Positions 22,491 to 32,876 of a stretch of DNA of 64,000 bases are shown here, one piece after another. A model generated the notes under the pieces. The model had not been told where the DNA came from, searched no databases, and saw only the letters and a list, made by a program, of their open reading frames with translations. Position 1 is the first letter of the stretch; each line of letters opens with the position of its first letter. Source of the stretch: Pseudomonadales bacterium (GTDB taxonomy: Bacteria > Pseudomonadota > Gammaproteobacteria > Pseudomonadales > Azotimanducaceae); assembly GCA_041686955.1 (NCBI GenBank), contig JAWLCV010000009.1, forward strand, positions 459 through 64,458, read 5' to 3'. Made by a program: the position numbers and the translations under genes.

Positions 22491-24587
22491 TCAACCGTCC
22501 AGGGCGGCGTCGAGGTCCGCCAGCGAGGTGATGGGCAGCGAGCAGCGGAAGCCCTCGCACCGGTAGGCCACCACGTCGCCCCCGGCGGGCAGGTCCGCCG
22601 GCAGGTAGGGTGGCGCGGCGCTGCTCTGGTGCGGAATGCCGTACACCATGCGCCACGGGTGGTAGCCCCGGCGGGCCCGTTCCAGCCAGGGGGACAGGGC
22701 CTCGGCGGGCCCGCGGATCACGATCAGCTCGTTGGCCGCCAGGGTGGCCTCGAGCGCCGTCAGCAGGCTGCAGTGAGCGGCCGGGTGCTGGGCCATCATT
22801 TCCCAAGCCCAATCGAGCGTTCGGTTGGCGGCCTCCAGGTACCGAGGCTCTCCCAGCAGGTGTCCGAGATCCCACAGCGCCCGGGCCGCCACCGCGTTGC
22901 CCGGGGGCAGGGCCTCGTCCTGGGTAGGCTTGGGGCGGAAGATCAGCGCTTCCCGGTCGTGGGCCGTGAAGTAGAAACCCCCCGCCGCTCGATCCTCGAA
23001 GCGTTCGAGCAGGATCTCCGCCAGGTCCGCGGCGAATCGCACGTCCTCGTCCCGCCAGCGCACCGTCAGCAGCGTCAGCAACGCGTCCAGCAGGTAGGCA
23101 TGGTCGTCCAGGTACGCCGGGTACCGGGCCCGGCCGGCCTTCCAGGTGGCGCACAGGGTGCCGTCCAGGAAAAGCGCCTCTCTGAGGAAATCCACCGCCG
23201 CCTGGGCGGCGTCCAGCCACTCCGCGACACCGAGCCGGGCAGCCGCCCGGGCCAGACCTTTGACCGCCAGGCCGTTCCAGCCGGTGAGGATCTTGTCGTC
23301 GGTGGCGGGCCGCGGGCGCTGCTCGCGCTTCGCCAGCAGCTTGCGCCGGGCCGACGCCAGCAGGGCTTCGGCCCGCTTGGGGTCCAGGGACAGGCGCTCC
23401 ACCACGGACCGCCAGGCATCGTGCCGGTGCAGGATCCACCGGCCTTCGAAGTTCGCCGGCTTGTCCATACCGTAGAGGGTTTCCACCACCAGGTATTCGT
23501 CCGGTTCGAGCAGCCGCTTCACCTCGTCCCGCCGCCACAGGTAGTACTTGCCCTCCTCGCCCTCGGAATCGGCGTCCAGGGCCGCGTAGAACCCGCCCTG
23601 GGGATGACGCATCTCCCGGAGCACCCACTCCGCCGTCTCCCGGACCGCGCCCGCGAACAGGGCGTCGTCGCCCACCGCCAGGGCATCGCTGTACAGCGAA
23701 AGCAGCAGGGCGTTGTCGTAGAGCATCTTTTCGAAGTGGGGAATCATCCAGCTTCGATCCGTGGCGTAGCGGCAGAACCCGCCGCCCAGATGGTCGTAGA
23801 TGCCGCCCCGGGCCATCTTGGTGAGCGTGGTCATCACCATGTCCAGGGCCTGCCGGTCCGGGGTGCCGGGGCTCGGCTCCGGCGCCCCCGGATGGCGGCT
23901 GAAGGCCCAGGTCCTGAGCAGCCGCTCCAGGGTCGCGGGCATGGGAAACTTGGGCGCAGTGCCGAACCCGCCTTCCGCGGCGTCGTACTGACGGGCGAGC
24001 TGATCCCGGGCGGCGCTGAGCAGGCGGCACGCCTCGGCCGGGCGCGCGTCGGGGTCGAGCGAAGCGGCGGGCGCTCCCGGGTTCAGGCTGCCGAGCACCT
24101 CCACCACCCGCCGCCCCTGGGCGTCGAGCTCGGCGCGGCGGGTACGGAACAGCTCCGCTACCCGCAGCAGCACGTCCACCAGGCCCGGTATCCCGTAACG
24201 GGCGGTTTTGGGAAAGTAGGTGCCGCCGAAGAACGGCACCAGGGTGTCCGGGTCCAAGAACATGGTGAGCGGCCAACCGCCGCTCTGCTGGGTCAGGAGC
24301 TGGTGGGCGAGTTGGTATACTTTGTCGAGGTCCGGGCGCTCCTCGCGATCGACCTTGATGTTCACGAAGTGCGCGTTCATCACCTCCGCCACCGCTTCGT
24401 CCTCGAAGGATTCGTGGGCCATCACGTGGCACCAGTGGCAGGCCGAATAGCCGATGGACAGCAGGATGGGCTTCGCGGCGCTCCGGGCGAGAAGCAGCGC
24501 CTCGTCGTCCCAGGGGTGCCAATCCACCGGATTGTCCGCGTGCTGCAGCAGATACGGGCTGGTCTCGAACGCCAGGCGATTGCTCAT
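22491..24587 (-). CDS. thioredoxin-domain protein, YyaL/DUF255 family
   Basis: [31 protein letters not shown]...[18 protein letters not shown] followed by an (alpha/alpha)6-barrel-like C-terminus. ATG 24587 is preceded by GGAG 6 nt upstream. Confidence 0.88.
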   Translation of the reverse strand: MSNRLAFETSPYLLQHADNPVDWHPWDDEALLLARSAAKPILLSIGYSACHWCHVMAHESFEDEAVAEVMNAHFVNIKVDREERPDLDKVYQLAHQLLTQQSGGWPLTMFLDPDTLVPFFGGTYFPKTARYGIPGLVDVLLRVAELFRTRRAELDAQGRRVVEVLGSLNPGAPAASLDPDARPAEACRLLSAARDQLARQYDAAEGGFGTAPKFPMPATLERLLRTWAFSRHPGAPEPSPGTPDRQALDMVMTTLTKMARGGIYDHLGGGFCRYATDRSWMIPHFEKMLYDNALLLSLYSDALAVGDDALFAGAVRETAEWVLREMRHPQGGFYAALDADSEGEEGKYYLWRRDEVKRLLEPDEYLVVETLYGMDKPANFEGRWILHRHDAWRSVVERLSLDPKRAEALLASARRKLLAKREQRPRPATDDKILTGWNGLAVKGLARAAARLGVAEWLDAAQAAVDFLREALFLDGTLCATWKAGRARYPAYLDDHAYLLDALLTLLTVRWRDEDVRFAADLAEILLERFEDRAAGGFYFTAHDREALIFRPKPTQDEALPPGNAVAARALWDLGHLLGEPRYLEAANRTLDWAWEMMAQHPAAHCSLLTALEATLAANELIVIRGPAEALSPWLERARRGYHPWRMVYGIPHQSSAAPPYLPADLPAGGDVVAYRCEGFRCSLPITSLADLDAALDG

Positions 24588-24747
24588 CGGAAGCTCCATA
24601 CGCACCCGAAGTCGAGGCATCGTCTCACGGATGACGGGCGGCTAGAACCCGGCGGCGGCCCCCGGGGCTCGCGCCGCTCCGCGGGCGTGGGTGCAATTGG
24701 TATTTTTCCCGGGTTTGAGGTTCAATCGAGTGAAACGTTTGTTGGAC

Positions 24748-25281
24748 ATGACGACAGTGGTTGATGCAGACGGTTACCGGCCCAACGTCGGGATCGTCCT
24801 CTCCAACGACCTGGGTCAGGTGCTGTGGGCACGCCGGGTGGGCGGGCACGACGCCTGGCAGTTTCCTCAGGGCGGCATCAACGAGGACGAATCCCTGGAA
24901 GAGGCGCTGTTCCGCGAGCTGCACGAGGAGGTCGGGCTCGCGCCGGACAGCGTGCAGATCCTGGCCCGCACCGGTGGCTGGCTGCGCTATCGGCTGCCGA
25001 AGCGGCTGCGGCGCTACAACTCCAGCCCCGGGTTCAAGGGGCAGAAGCAGAAGTGGTTCCTGCTGCGGATGCTGGCCGACGACGACCGCGTTCACGTGGA
25101 CGCCTGCGACAGGCCCGAGTTCGATCACTGGCGCTGGGTCAGCTACTGGTACCCGGTGCACCAGGTGGTGGAGTTCAAGCGGGAGGTGTACCGGCGCGCC
25201 CTGAAGGAGCTCGCGCCCCATCTGCCCTACGCCGGCTCCGGTCTGGGCGGTCGGTCCGGGCGGAGAACGCCTGGATGCTGA
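24748..25281 (+). CDS. rppH: RNA pyrophosphohydrolase (Nudix)
   Basis: [11 protein letters not shown]...[28 protein letters not shown] Nudix box. 177 aa, directly upstream of ptsP as in E. coli. Confidence 0.92.
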   Translation: MTTVVDADGYRPNVGIVLSNDLGQVLWARRVGGHDAWQFPQGGINEDESLEEALFRELHEEVGLAPDSVQILARTGGWLRYRLPKRLRRYNSSPGFKGQKQKWFLLRMLADDDRVHVDACDRPEFDHWRWVSYWYPVHQVVEFKREVYRRALKELAPHLPYAGSGLGGRSGRRTPGC

Positions 25282-27560
25282 CGACCCTCCGGCGGATCGT
25301 TCAGGACGTCGCCGCCGCCAGCAGTTTCCAGGAAGCGCTTCGCATCATCGTTCACGATGTCCGCGAGGCGCTGGGCACCGAGGTCTGTTCCATCTACCTG
25401 CTGAGCCCGGAGGGCGACAGTTACCTGTTCGTCGCCACCGAGGGCCTCAACCAGGATGCCGTGGGCAAGCTGTCCCTCAGCCTCGACCAGGGCCTGACGA
25501 CCCTGGTCGCGGAGCGGGCGGAGCCCATCAACCTGGAGAACGCCAGCGAGCACCCGCGCTTTCACTACATTCCCGAGATCGGCGAGGAGCCGTTCAACGC
25601 CTTCCTGGGGGTGCCGGTGATCCACCACCGCCAGGTGCTGGGGGTGCTCGTGGTGCAGCAGCGCGACAAGCGCCGCTTCGACGAGAGCGAGGAAGCCTTC
25701 CTCGTCACCCTCGCCGCCCAGCTCGCCACGGTGATGGCCCACGCCGAGGCCACCGGCGACATCCAGAAGATCTTCGACGTGTTCGGCGGCCGGGTCTCCG
25801 AGGCCAGCGACGTGATGTTCCGCGGCATCGCCGGCGCGCCGGGCATCGCCATCGGCACGGCGGTGGTGATGCAGCCGCCGGCGAGCCTCGAAGGGGTGCC
25901 CGAGCGGGAAGCCGAGGACGTCACGGTGGAGCTCATGGTGCTGGACCGCGCCATCAACGCGGTTCGCCAGGACATCCGCCGCATCAGCGAGGAGTTCTCC
26001 CAGAGCCTGCCGCGGGAAGAGCTGGCGCTGTTCGACGCTTACCTGCACATGCTCGACGACGACGCGCTCGCCGGCGACATCCGCGAGCGGGTACGCCGGG
26101 GCATGTGGGCGCAAGGGGCGCTGAAACAGGTGATCCGCGAGCACGTACGCCGCTTCGAGGCCATGGAGGACTCGTACCTGCGCGAGCGCGGGGCGGACGT
26201 GAAGGATCTGGGTCTGCGGGTGCTCGCCTACCTCCAGGACATCCGGGCGCGCAAGACCCACTTCCCGCCGGACACGGTGCTGGTGGGTCACGAGGTGACC
26301 CCGAGCATGCTCGCCAACATTCCGCCGGAGAACCTGAAGGGCATCGTCTCCGTGCGCGGCTCGGGCAGCTCCCACGTGGCGATCCTCGCCCGGGCCCTGG
26401 ACATTCCCGCAGTGATGGGGGCCGTGGACCTGCCGCTGGCGGATCTGGACGGCGAGCCGGTGATCGTCGACGGCTTCTACGGCGAAGTCTTCCTGAACCC
26501 GTCGAATCACCTCTCGGAGAGCTACCAGTCGCTCATTGCCGAGGAGCGGGAGTTCGCCACCGAGCTCGAGGACCTCAAAGAGCTGCCCTCCATCACTCTG
26601 GACGGCTGGCGGGTGGAGCTGTGGGTGAACATCGGCCTGATCGGCGACATTTCGAGGTCCCTGGACCGCGGTGCGGAGGGCATCGGCCTGTTCCGCACCG
26701 AGGTGCCGTTCATGACCAAGGACCGCTTCCCCACCGAGGAGGAGCAGCGGGCCCTCTACCGCCAGCACATGGAGGCCTTCGAGCCCCGGCCGGTGACCAT
26801 GCGCAGCCTCGACATCGGCGGCGACAAGGCGCTTTCCTACTTCCCCATTCACGAGGAGAACCCGTTCCTCGGCTGGCGGGGCATCCGGGTCACCCTGGAT
26901 CATCCTGAGATCTTCATGGTGCAAGCCCGGGCCATGATCAAGGCCAACGCCGGCTTGCGCGGCGAGCTGCGCATCATGCTGCCCATGATCTCCAGCATGA
27001 ACGAGGTGGAGGAGGCCAAGGCGCTCATCCACCGGGCCTACATCGAGGTGCTGGAAGAGGGGGTGCAGGTGAAGCAACCCCTGGTGGGGGTGATGGTGGA
27101 GGTTCCGGCCGCCGTGTATCAGGCCCGCCAGCTCGCCCGGCGGGTGGACTTCCTGGCGGTGGGCTCCAACGACCTCACCCAGTACATGCTGGCGGTGGAC
27201 CGCAACAACCCGCGGGTCGCCGACCTCTACCAGGAGACGCACCCGGCGGTGCTCACCGCCCTGCGCGAGGTGGCCCGGGCCGCTCACCGGGAGAACTCCT
27301 ACGTGGGCATCTGCGGCGAGCTGGCCGGCAACCCCATCGGCGCGGTGCTGTTGCTGGCCATGGGCTATCACGTGCTGTCCATGAACGCCACCAACCTGCC
27401 CAAGGTGAAATGGGTGATCCGCAACATCCGGCGCCGGGACGCCCGGCGCATGCTGGCCCGGGTGCTGCGCATGACCACCGCCGAGGAGGTTCAGTCCTTC
27501 ATGCGCGCCCAGCTACGGCAGGCGGGGTTGGGGCGGGTGGTGCCTTCGTATCATGCGTGA
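25275..27560 (+). CDS. ptsP: phosphoenolpyruvate-protein phosphotransferase PtsP (EI-Ntr) with N-terminal GAF domain
   Basis: [26 protein letters not shown] (GAF), the phospho-His region [14 protein letters not shown], and the C-terminal PEP-utilising domain ([12 protein letters not shown]). The start overlaps the rppH stop. Confidence 0.93.
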   Translation: MLTTLRRIVQDVAAASSFQEALRIIVHDVREALGTEVCSIYLLSPEGDSYLFVATEGLNQDAVGKLSLSLDQGLTTLVAERAEPINLENASEHPRFHYIPEIGEEPFNAFLGVPVIHHRQVLGVLVVQQRDKRRFDESEEAFLVTLAAQLATVMAHAEATGDIQKIFDVFGGRVSEASDVMFRGIAGAPGIAIGTAVVMQPPASLEGVPEREAEDVTVELMVLDRAINAVRQDIRRISEEFSQSLPREELALFDAYLHMLDDDALAGDIRERVRRGMWAQGALKQVIREHVRRFEAMEDSYLRERGADVKDLGLRVLAYLQDIRARKTHFPPDTVLVGHEVTPSMLANIPPENLKGIVSVRGSGSSHVAILARALDIPAVMGAVDLPLADLDGEPVIVDGFYGEVFLNPSNHLSESYQSLIAEEREFATELEDLKELPSITLDGWRVELWVNIGLIGDISRSLDRGAEGIGLFRTEVPFMTKDRFPTEEEQRALYRQHMEAFEPRPVTMRSLDIGGDKALSYFPIHEENPFLGWRGIRVTLDHPEIFMVQARAMIKANAGLRGELRIMLPMISSMNEVEEAKALIHRAYIEVLEEGVQVKQPLVGVMVEVPAAVYQARQLARRVDFLAVGSNDLTQYMLAVDRNNPRVADLYQETHPAVLTALREVARAAHRENSYVGICGELAGNPIGAVLLLAMGYHVLSMNATNLPKVKWVIRNIRRRDARRMLARVLRMTTAEEVQSFMRAQLRQAGLGRVVPSYHA

Positions 27561-27578
27561 GAGACCCGCCTGCGGCGG

Positions 27579-27677
27579 GCGCTATCAGCTTTCCGCTGTC
27601 CGCTGTCCGCAGGAAGGATGACGCCAGAATCTCGGCATTCGCCTCTGGGCGAAAGCCGAAAGCTGACAGCCGATCGC
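27579..27677. repeat. degenerate copy of the TCCGCT-heptad inverted-repeat element
   Basis: The left arm CAGCTTTCCGCTGTCCGCTGTCCGC carries heptad-phased TCCGCT units. The core AGGAAGGATGACG...CGCCTCT is similar to 49454-49488. The imperfect right arm is GAAAGCCGAAAGCTGACAGCCGATCGC. Confidence 0.65.
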
Positions 27678-27682
27678 CGAAT

Positions 27683-29272
27683 TCATATCGAGCTCGGCGA
27701 TTCCACCCTCTCGAGATGATTGCTTCCCCGCGCCGTGGCGAAGGCGGCGCCGAAGCGCTCCCCCGAGCCGGGGTCGAGCAGGTCGTCCACGTACCACCAC
27801 TCGCCCTGGGCCCGGTCCGTGTCGAGGTCGAGGAGCAGGTAGCCGTGCTCGCGCAGGTTGACGTAGTGGATGTGGGACCGGTCGCGAACCACGTCCGTTT
27901 CCCGTTGCCGGAGCGCGGCGGCCTCTCCGTCGGGTCCCGGGGACGTGACGGAGGTGGTCACCAGCTCCACCGCCAGGCTGCCGCGTCCGGTGGCCGGATC
28001 GTAGGCCCTGCTGGTGGGGTCCGGGGTGACGTCCATGGCCCAGGCGGTATGGATGTCGCCGGTGAGGATCACGGTGTCCGGGATGCGCTCGGCGGCGAGC
28101 TGGTCGAGGACCGCTTTGCGGGAAGCCGGATAGCCGTCCCACTGATCGGTGTTGAGCAGCAGCCCGTCGTCGCCGATGAGCTGGGCGAACATGAGCTGCT
28201 GGCCGATGAGCCGCCAGGTGCTGCCACGCCGGACGGATGCCCGCAGCCGCTCGGCCAGCCAGGCGTGCTGATCGGCGCCGAGCAGGGTGCGCGCCGGATC
28301 GCCGATGGCGGCGGCGTCGCCGCGGTCCGTCACCTGGCGGCTGCGCCCGTGCAGCCGGGTGTCCAGCATGACCAGGTCCGCCAGCCCGCCGAGCCGGAAG
28401 CTGCGATAGATGTGCGGCCCGTCGGCTCCGTGCTGCTCGCGGATGGGCAGCCACTCATGGTAGGCGCGGATGGCGGCCGCGCGGCGGTCGTGCCAGGAGC
28501 CCTCCCCGTCGTCGTGGTTCTCGGCGCCGTCGCGCCAGGCGTTGTTGGCGCTTTCATGGTCGTCCCAGACGCAGATCCAAGGGTGCTGGCGGTGGGCTTC
28601 CTGCAGATCCGGATCGGACTTGTACTGGGCGTGGCGGATCCGGTAGTCGGCGAGGGAGACGATCTCGTGAGCGGGCTGGTGCGCCCGGCCGATGTCGCGC
28701 CCGTCGCCGTAGGTGCCCGGGGCGTACTCGTACAGGTAGTCACCCAGGTGCAGCACCAGGTCGAGATCGCTGCGGCGGGCGATGTGGCGGTAGGCGCTGA
28801 AGTAGCCGAAGGGGAAGTTGGAGCAGCTCGCCACAGCCAGGCGCAGCCGCGTGACCGCGTGCTCCGGCAGCGTGCGGGTGCGCCCTACGGGGCTCGCTTC
28901 CCCCAGAGCGTCGAACCGGTAGTAGTAGGTGCGTCCGCCTTCGAGCCCGAGGGCGTCCACCTTGACGGTATGGTCGCGACCCGGCAGGGCCGTCACCACC
29001 CCCTGATCGATCACCCGCCGAAAGCCGGGATCGGCGGCGATTTCCCAGCGGACGGGCACCGGTCCCGACGCCGTGACCCGGGTCCAGAGAATGACCCGGT
29101 CGGCCAGGGGGTCGCCGCTCGCGACCCCGTGCCGGAACACGTCGCCGCCTTCCCCGCCCCGCCCGGGCCCGCCGGCGGCGGCCCCGCCACCGGCGGCGCC
29201 GGCACATCCGCCACCGGCTGCCGCGGCGGCGGCGAGCGACGCCCCGGAAACGAATCGTCGACGCGTGATCAT
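27683..29272 (-). CDS. phoD: alkaline phosphatase D family protein (Tat-exported)
   Basis: N-terminal twin-arginine signal (MITRRRFVSGASLAAAAAAG), FRHGVASGDPLADRVILWTRV and a metallophosphatase core (VLHLGDYLYEY, VWDDHE). Confidence 0.88.
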   Translation of the reverse strand: MITRRRFVSGASLAAAAAAGGGCAGAAGGGAAAGGPGRGGEGGDVFRHGVASGDPLADRVILWTRVTASGPVPVRWEIAADPGFRRVIDQGVVTALPGRDHTVKVDALGLEGGRTYYYRFDALGEASPVGRTRTLPEHAVTRLRLAVASCSNFPFGYFSAYRHIARRSDLDLVLHLGDYLYEYAPGTYGDGRDIGRAHQPAHEIVSLADYRIRHAQYKSDPDLQEAHRQHPWICVWDDHESANNAWRDGAENHDDGEGSWHDRRAAAIRAYHEWLPIREQHGADGPHIYRSFRLGGLADLVMLDTRLHGRSRQVTDRGDAAAIGDPARTLLGADQHAWLAERLRASVRRGSTWRLIGQQLMFAQLIGDDGLLLNTDQWDGYPASRKAVLDQLAAERIPDTVILTGDIHTAWAMDVTPDPTSRAYDPATGRGSLAVELVTTSVTSPGPDGEAAALRQRETDVVRDRSHIHYVNLREHGYLLLDLDTDRAQGEWWYVDDLLDPGSGERFGAAFATARGSNHLERVESPSSI

Positions 29273-29365
29273 GCTGGCTCCCTCCCCCTATGCCCGGCAA
29301 CCATAGCCCCGGTGCCCCGCCCTGTCACCCGGTTCGCGCGGACAACAGGCCGGCGCACGGCGTGG

Positions 29366-30127
29366 TCACTCCACGGCGAACTCGAAGCTCGAGTGGTGCC
29401 CCGGCTCGCCGCCGGGACCGTACTGCTGCTCAACGAACCGCGCCCGCGGCTCGCGGCCGCGGGCGTGCTCGAAGATCACCACGGTGCTGGCCCGGGTGCC
29501 GTAGTCCTCGCCGGCGATGAAGCAGGGCGCCACCCGGCGTTCCAGCTCCAGGGGACGGCCGCGCCGCGGCAGCTCCGAGTCCGCGGGCACCGTGGTGTCG
29601 CCGAGCAGCTCGAGCAGTGCCTCGGGCTCCGGGCCCGCCTGAACGATCCTCTGCAGGGCCTGCCGGCCCCGGGTCACCTTGGGCCAGGCGGCGCCGAGCT
29701 CGGCGTTGGCCAGGCCGTAGATTCCCGGCGGGAGATCCTGGGTGTGCCCCCGGTTCGAGGTGTACACCAACGCCGTCGTGTCCCACATCAGCAGGTTGAA
29801 GCCGCGATAACGCCCGCCGTCCAGGTGGTGGGAGAAGTGGTGCGCGCCGTCGCGGCTCGACAGGAACGCTTCCGGCAGTCGGCCGCGGGACAGGGGAGCT
29901 TCGGACGGGCCCTCTTCGGCGAAGTTGGTCACCGCTGCGAAGCGGCCGTCTCGACTGATGCCGAGCCAGGTTCCGCCCGCGGAGAGATCCCGCCCCGCGA
30001 GCAGCCGCGGGCGGTCTTCCCAGAAATGTGCGCTCGTGGCCGGGCGGGCGTAGAATTCGTCGCGGTTCGCGGCCACCACCAGGGGATAGTCGGACTGCGG
30101 ATCGTAGGCGAAGAGTATCAGGCACAT
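29366..30127 (-). CDS. NRDE family protein (DUF833 / TANGO2-like)
   Basis: MCLILFAY...VVAANRDEFYARP...GGTWLGIS...AAVTNF is diagnostic of the NRDE family. 253 aa. Confidence 0.85.
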   Translation of the reverse strand: MCLILFAYDPQSDYPLVVAANRDEFYARPATSAHFWEDRPRLLAGRDLSAGGTWLGISRDGRFAAVTNFAEEGPSEAPLSRGRLPEAFLSSRDGAHHFSHHLDGGRYRGFNLLMWDTTALVYTSNRGHTQDLPPGIYGLANAELGAAWPKVTRGRQALQRIVQAGPEPEALLELLGDTTVPADSELPRRGRPLELERRVAPCFIAGEDYGTRASTVVIFEHARGREPRARFVEQQYGPGGEPGHHSSFEFAVE

Positions 30128-30240
30128 GGACTCGAGCCGCCCGGCGCCGGTGCTCCGGGCACGGGCGCCGGCATGATTCAGGGTCGGCCAGTTTATCAGA
30201 GTGACGACGTCACCAGAGCGAACACGGAGGCTAGCCGCGG

Positions 30241-31089
30241 GTGCAGCATCCCCATTATCCGGACATCGACCCAGTCATCATCTCCCTGGGCCCCGTGGCC
30301 CTGCGCTGGTACGGGCTCGCCTACCTGGCCGCCTTCGCGCTGTGCTGGTGGCTGGGGCGGGTCCGGGCCGACCGGCCCGGCAGCGGCTGGAGCCGGCAGG
30401 ACGTCTCCGACGTGGTGTTCTACGGCGCGGTGGGCGCCGTGCTGGGAGGCCGCATCGGCTACACCCTGTTCTACGGCTTCGAGCAGCTCCTGCGGGATCC
30501 GCTGTTCATCCTGCGGATCTGGGAAGGCGGCATGTCGTTTCACGGCGGGCTCATCGGTGCAGTGCTGGGCCTGTGGTGGTTCGGCCGTGCCAGCGGACGC
30601 TCGTTCCTTCAGGTGAGCGATTTCGTGACGCCGCTGGTGGCGCCGGGGCTGGGGCTGGGTCGCCTGGGCAATTTCGCCAACACCGAGCTGCCGGGGCGCA
30701 TGACCGACTCGGTGTTCGGCCTGATCTACCCCTGCGACGCCGAGGCCATCCGGCAGATCAATCCGCTGTGCGTGGGCCAATGGGAATCCTTCGCCCGGCA
30801 TCCGTCGCCGCTCTACCAGGCCTTCGCCGAGGGCCTGGTGCTGTTCGTGCTGGTCTGGTGGTTCTCCTCGCGGCCGCGGCCCGCGGGAGCGGTCTCCGGC
30901 TTGTTCCTGGTGGGCTATGGCACCCTGCGCTTTCTCACCGAGTTCTTCCGCACCCCCGATGCCCACATCGGCTTCGTGGCGCTCGATTGGCTGACCATGG
31001 GGCAGCTGCTGTCGATACCCATGGTGCTGGCTGGTATCTTTCTGCTCCTGCGACGACGTGAGCCCTCCCGGGCCGAGGCGACCCCGTGA
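30241..31089 (+). CDS. lgt: prolipoprotein diacylglyceryl transferase
   Basis: GTG start. [23 protein letters not shown]..., [10 protein letters not shown] and [11 protein letters not shown] match E. coli Lgt. Upstream of thyA, as in E. coli. Confidence 0.92.
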   Translation: MQHPHYPDIDPVIISLGPVALRWYGLAYLAAFALCWWLGRVRADRPGSGWSRQDVSDVVFYGAVGAVLGGRIGYTLFYGFEQLLRDPLFILRIWEGGMSFHGGLIGAVLGLWWFGRASGRSFLQVSDFVTPLVAPGLGLGRLGNFANTELPGRMTDSVFGLIYPCDAEAIRQINPLCVGQWESFARHPSPLYQAFAEGLVLFVLVWWFSSRPRPAGAVSGLFLVGYGTLRFLTEFFRTPDAHIGFVALDWLTMGQLLSIPMVLAGIFLLLRRREPSRAEATP

Positions 31090-31880
31090 AGCAGTATCTG
31101 GATCTCATGCGCCGGGTGCGTGAGCACGGCGTGTACAAGAGCGACCGCACCGGCACGGGCACCTACAGCGTGTTCGGCCACCAGATGCGTTTCGACCTGA
31201 GCGCGGGTTTTCCCCTCGTCACCACCAAGAAGATGTTCGTGAAGGGCATCATCCACGAGCTTCTGTGGTTCCTGCAGGGCAGCACCAACGTGAAGTACCT
31301 GCAGGAACACGGGGTGCACATCTGGGACGAGTGGGCGGACGAGCACGGGGAGCTGGGGCCCGTGTACGGCTCGCAATGGCGGTCCTGGCCCACGCCCGAC
31401 GGCGACACCATCGATCAGATCGAGCGGCTGGTGGGCGACATCCGGCGCAATCCGGATTCCCGGCGCCTCATCGTCAGCGCCTGGAACGTGGCGGAGGTGG
31501 ATCGGATGGCCCTGCCCCCCTGCCACACGCTGTTCCAGTTCTACGTGGCCGGGGGACGCCTCTCCTGTCAGCTCTACCAGCGCAGCGCCGATGTGTTCCT
31601 CGGCGTGCCCTTCAACATCGCCTCCTACGCGCTGCTTACCCTGATGGTGGCCCAGGTTTGCGGGCTCGCGCCCGGCGAGTTCGTGCACACTTTCGGCGAT
31701 GCCCATCTCTACGCCAACCATCTGCAGCAGGCGGACCGGCAACTGGCGCGGGAGCCGCTGCCGCTGCCGACCATGACGGTGAATCCCGAGGTGACCGACA
31801 TCTTCGCGTTCCGCTTCGAAGACTTCGCCCTGGAAGGCTACCGCAGCCACGCGGGCATCAAGGCGCCCATCGCGGTATAG
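31086..31880 (+). CDS. thyA: thymidylate synthase
   Basis: [31 protein letters not shown]..., [12 protein letters not shown] and DAHLYANH. 264 aa. Confidence 0.96.
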   Translation: MKQYLDLMRRVREHGVYKSDRTGTGTYSVFGHQMRFDLSAGFPLVTTKKMFVKGIIHELLWFLQGSTNVKYLQEHGVHIWDEWADEHGELGPVYGSQWRSWPTPDGDTIDQIERLVGDIRRNPDSRRLIVSAWNVAEVDRMALPPCHTLFQFYVAGGRLSCQLYQRSADVFLGVPFNIASYALLTLMVAQVCGLAPGEFVHTFGDAHLYANHLQQADRQLAREPLPLPTMTVNPEVTDIFAFRFEDFALEGYRSHAGIKAPIAV

Positions 31881-31884
31881 CGCC

Positions 31885-32388
31885 GTGGAGATCTCCCTCA
31901 TCTGGGCCATGACTCGAAACGGTGTCATCGGCCGCGACAACGATCTGCCCTGGCACCTCCCCCGGGAGATGCGGCACTTCATGACCACGACCCGGGGGCA
32001 TCCCGTGATCATGGGCCGGCGCACCTTCGAATCCATGGAGCGGCCGCTGCCGCGGCGCACCAACATCGTGGTGACCCGGCGTCCGGGTTACCGGGCGCCG
32101 GGCGCGCGGGTGGCGGCGAGCCTGGAGGCCGCCCTGGCGGAGGCCGAGCGACAGTGCCGGGAAGACGGCGTGGACGAGACGTTCGTCATCGGCGGCGCGG
32201 AGATCTATCGGCTGGCGCTGGACGTGGCCACCCGGCTCTACGTCACAGAGATCGACGCCGAGCTGGAGGGGGACACCTTTTTTCCGCCCGTGGACTGGAG
32301 CCGCTGGCGGCGGGTGCACAGCCAGAGCTTCCCCGCCGACGAGGACAACGCCTACCCGTTCACCGTATCGATCTTCGAGCGCGCGTAG
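31885..32388 (+). CDS. folA: dihydrofolate reductase
   Basis: ISLIWAMTRNGVIGRDNDLPWHLPREMRHF...VIMGRRTFES. 167 aa, GTG start. Confidence 0.92.
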   Translation: MEISLIWAMTRNGVIGRDNDLPWHLPREMRHFMTTTRGHPVIMGRRTFESMERPLPRRTNIVVTRRPGYRAPGARVAASLEAALAEAERQCREDGVDETFVIGGAEIYRLALDVATRLYVTEIDAELEGDTFFPPVDWSRWRRVHSQSFPADEDNAYPFTVSIFERA

Positions 32389-32825
32389 TCCACCCAGCTA
32401 CCGTCGCAGGGCAGCTCGCGCCAGCCAGCACCGGGCACGCGCGCCCCGGCGGGTACGGGCACGACCCCCTCCACCACCGGCCCGCCGGCATCCACGAGCA
32501 GCAGCCACGGGCTCGAGACCGCCAGGGTGCGCAGGTGGTGAAGCTCGGCCCCCGCCCGGCCTACGTCGCAGCTACCCCGGGCGAGATCCTTCACCACGGC
32601 AGCGCCTTGGTCCGCGGCGACACCGGAGATGCGCATGACCCGGTGCGGGCCGCGCCAATCGAGCATCTCGAGCAGGTACCAGCGTCCGCAGGCCTCGCAG
32701 CTCACCAGCGCGTCGGTGAATCCCAGGTGCTCGTCCAGGGTGAGGCGGACGCGGAGAGGCCAGGCTCCCGGCCGGAGGTGCTCGCACGGCTCGACGGGAT
32801 CGCTCATGGGCGGCTGCTCTTGCAT
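32352..32825 (-). CDS. hypothetical protein (no family recognised)
   Basis: 157-aa ORF with coding-like G/C-rich third positions. Contains C-x-H (CEHL) and CEAC motifs. The 3' end overlaps the folA 3' end by 37 nt. Alternative start ATG 32807. Confidence 0.5.
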   Translation of the reverse strand: MQEQPPMSDPVEPCEHLRPGAWPLRVRLTLDEHLGFTDALVSCEACGRWYLLEMLDWRGPHRVMRISGVAADQGAAVVKDLARGSCDVGRAGAELHHLRTLAVSSPWLLLVDAGGPVVEGVVPVPAGARVPGAGWRELPCDGSWVDYARSKIDTVNG

Positions 32826-32876
32826 GAGACCGGCATGCGCCCTAGGTTAGGGCGCCGCCGCTTGCAGGAAAAGCCC

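Noticed and set aside
27618-27719. 33-codon ORF starting at the conserved AGGAAGG-ATGACG core of the repeat copy
   Set aside because: The equivalent ATG in the 49.4-kb copy is followed by an immediate stop (ATG ACG TGA), so the reading frame is not conserved between copies. The ORF also runs antisense into the phoD 3' end.
29273-29365. Pho box upstream of phoD
   Set aside because: Only one CTGTCAC heptad (29323-29329) is present, without the 11-bp-spaced direct partner. The nearby GACAACAGG forms an imperfect inverted repeat with it instead. Not enough for a PhoB-site call.
30201-30213. Perfect 6-1-6 palindrome GTGACG-A-CGTCAC, 28 nt upstream of lgt
   Set aside because: It could be an operator, but a single 13-bp palindrome in GC-rich DNA matches no regulator consensus I know, and I have no second copy to support it.
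27410-30616. 1068-aa plus-strand ORF over phoD, the NRDE gene and the lgt start; similar giants at 3143..5689(-), 5476..7716(-), 452..2473(-), 22387..24522(-), 22629..24764(+), 45717..48008(+), 25227..27371(-), 32847..34883(-) and 61028..62836(-)
   Set aside because: All are antisense or off-frame to well-supported genes and have non-protein-like, R/G/P/A-dominated composition. They are treated as GC-driven shadow ORFs.
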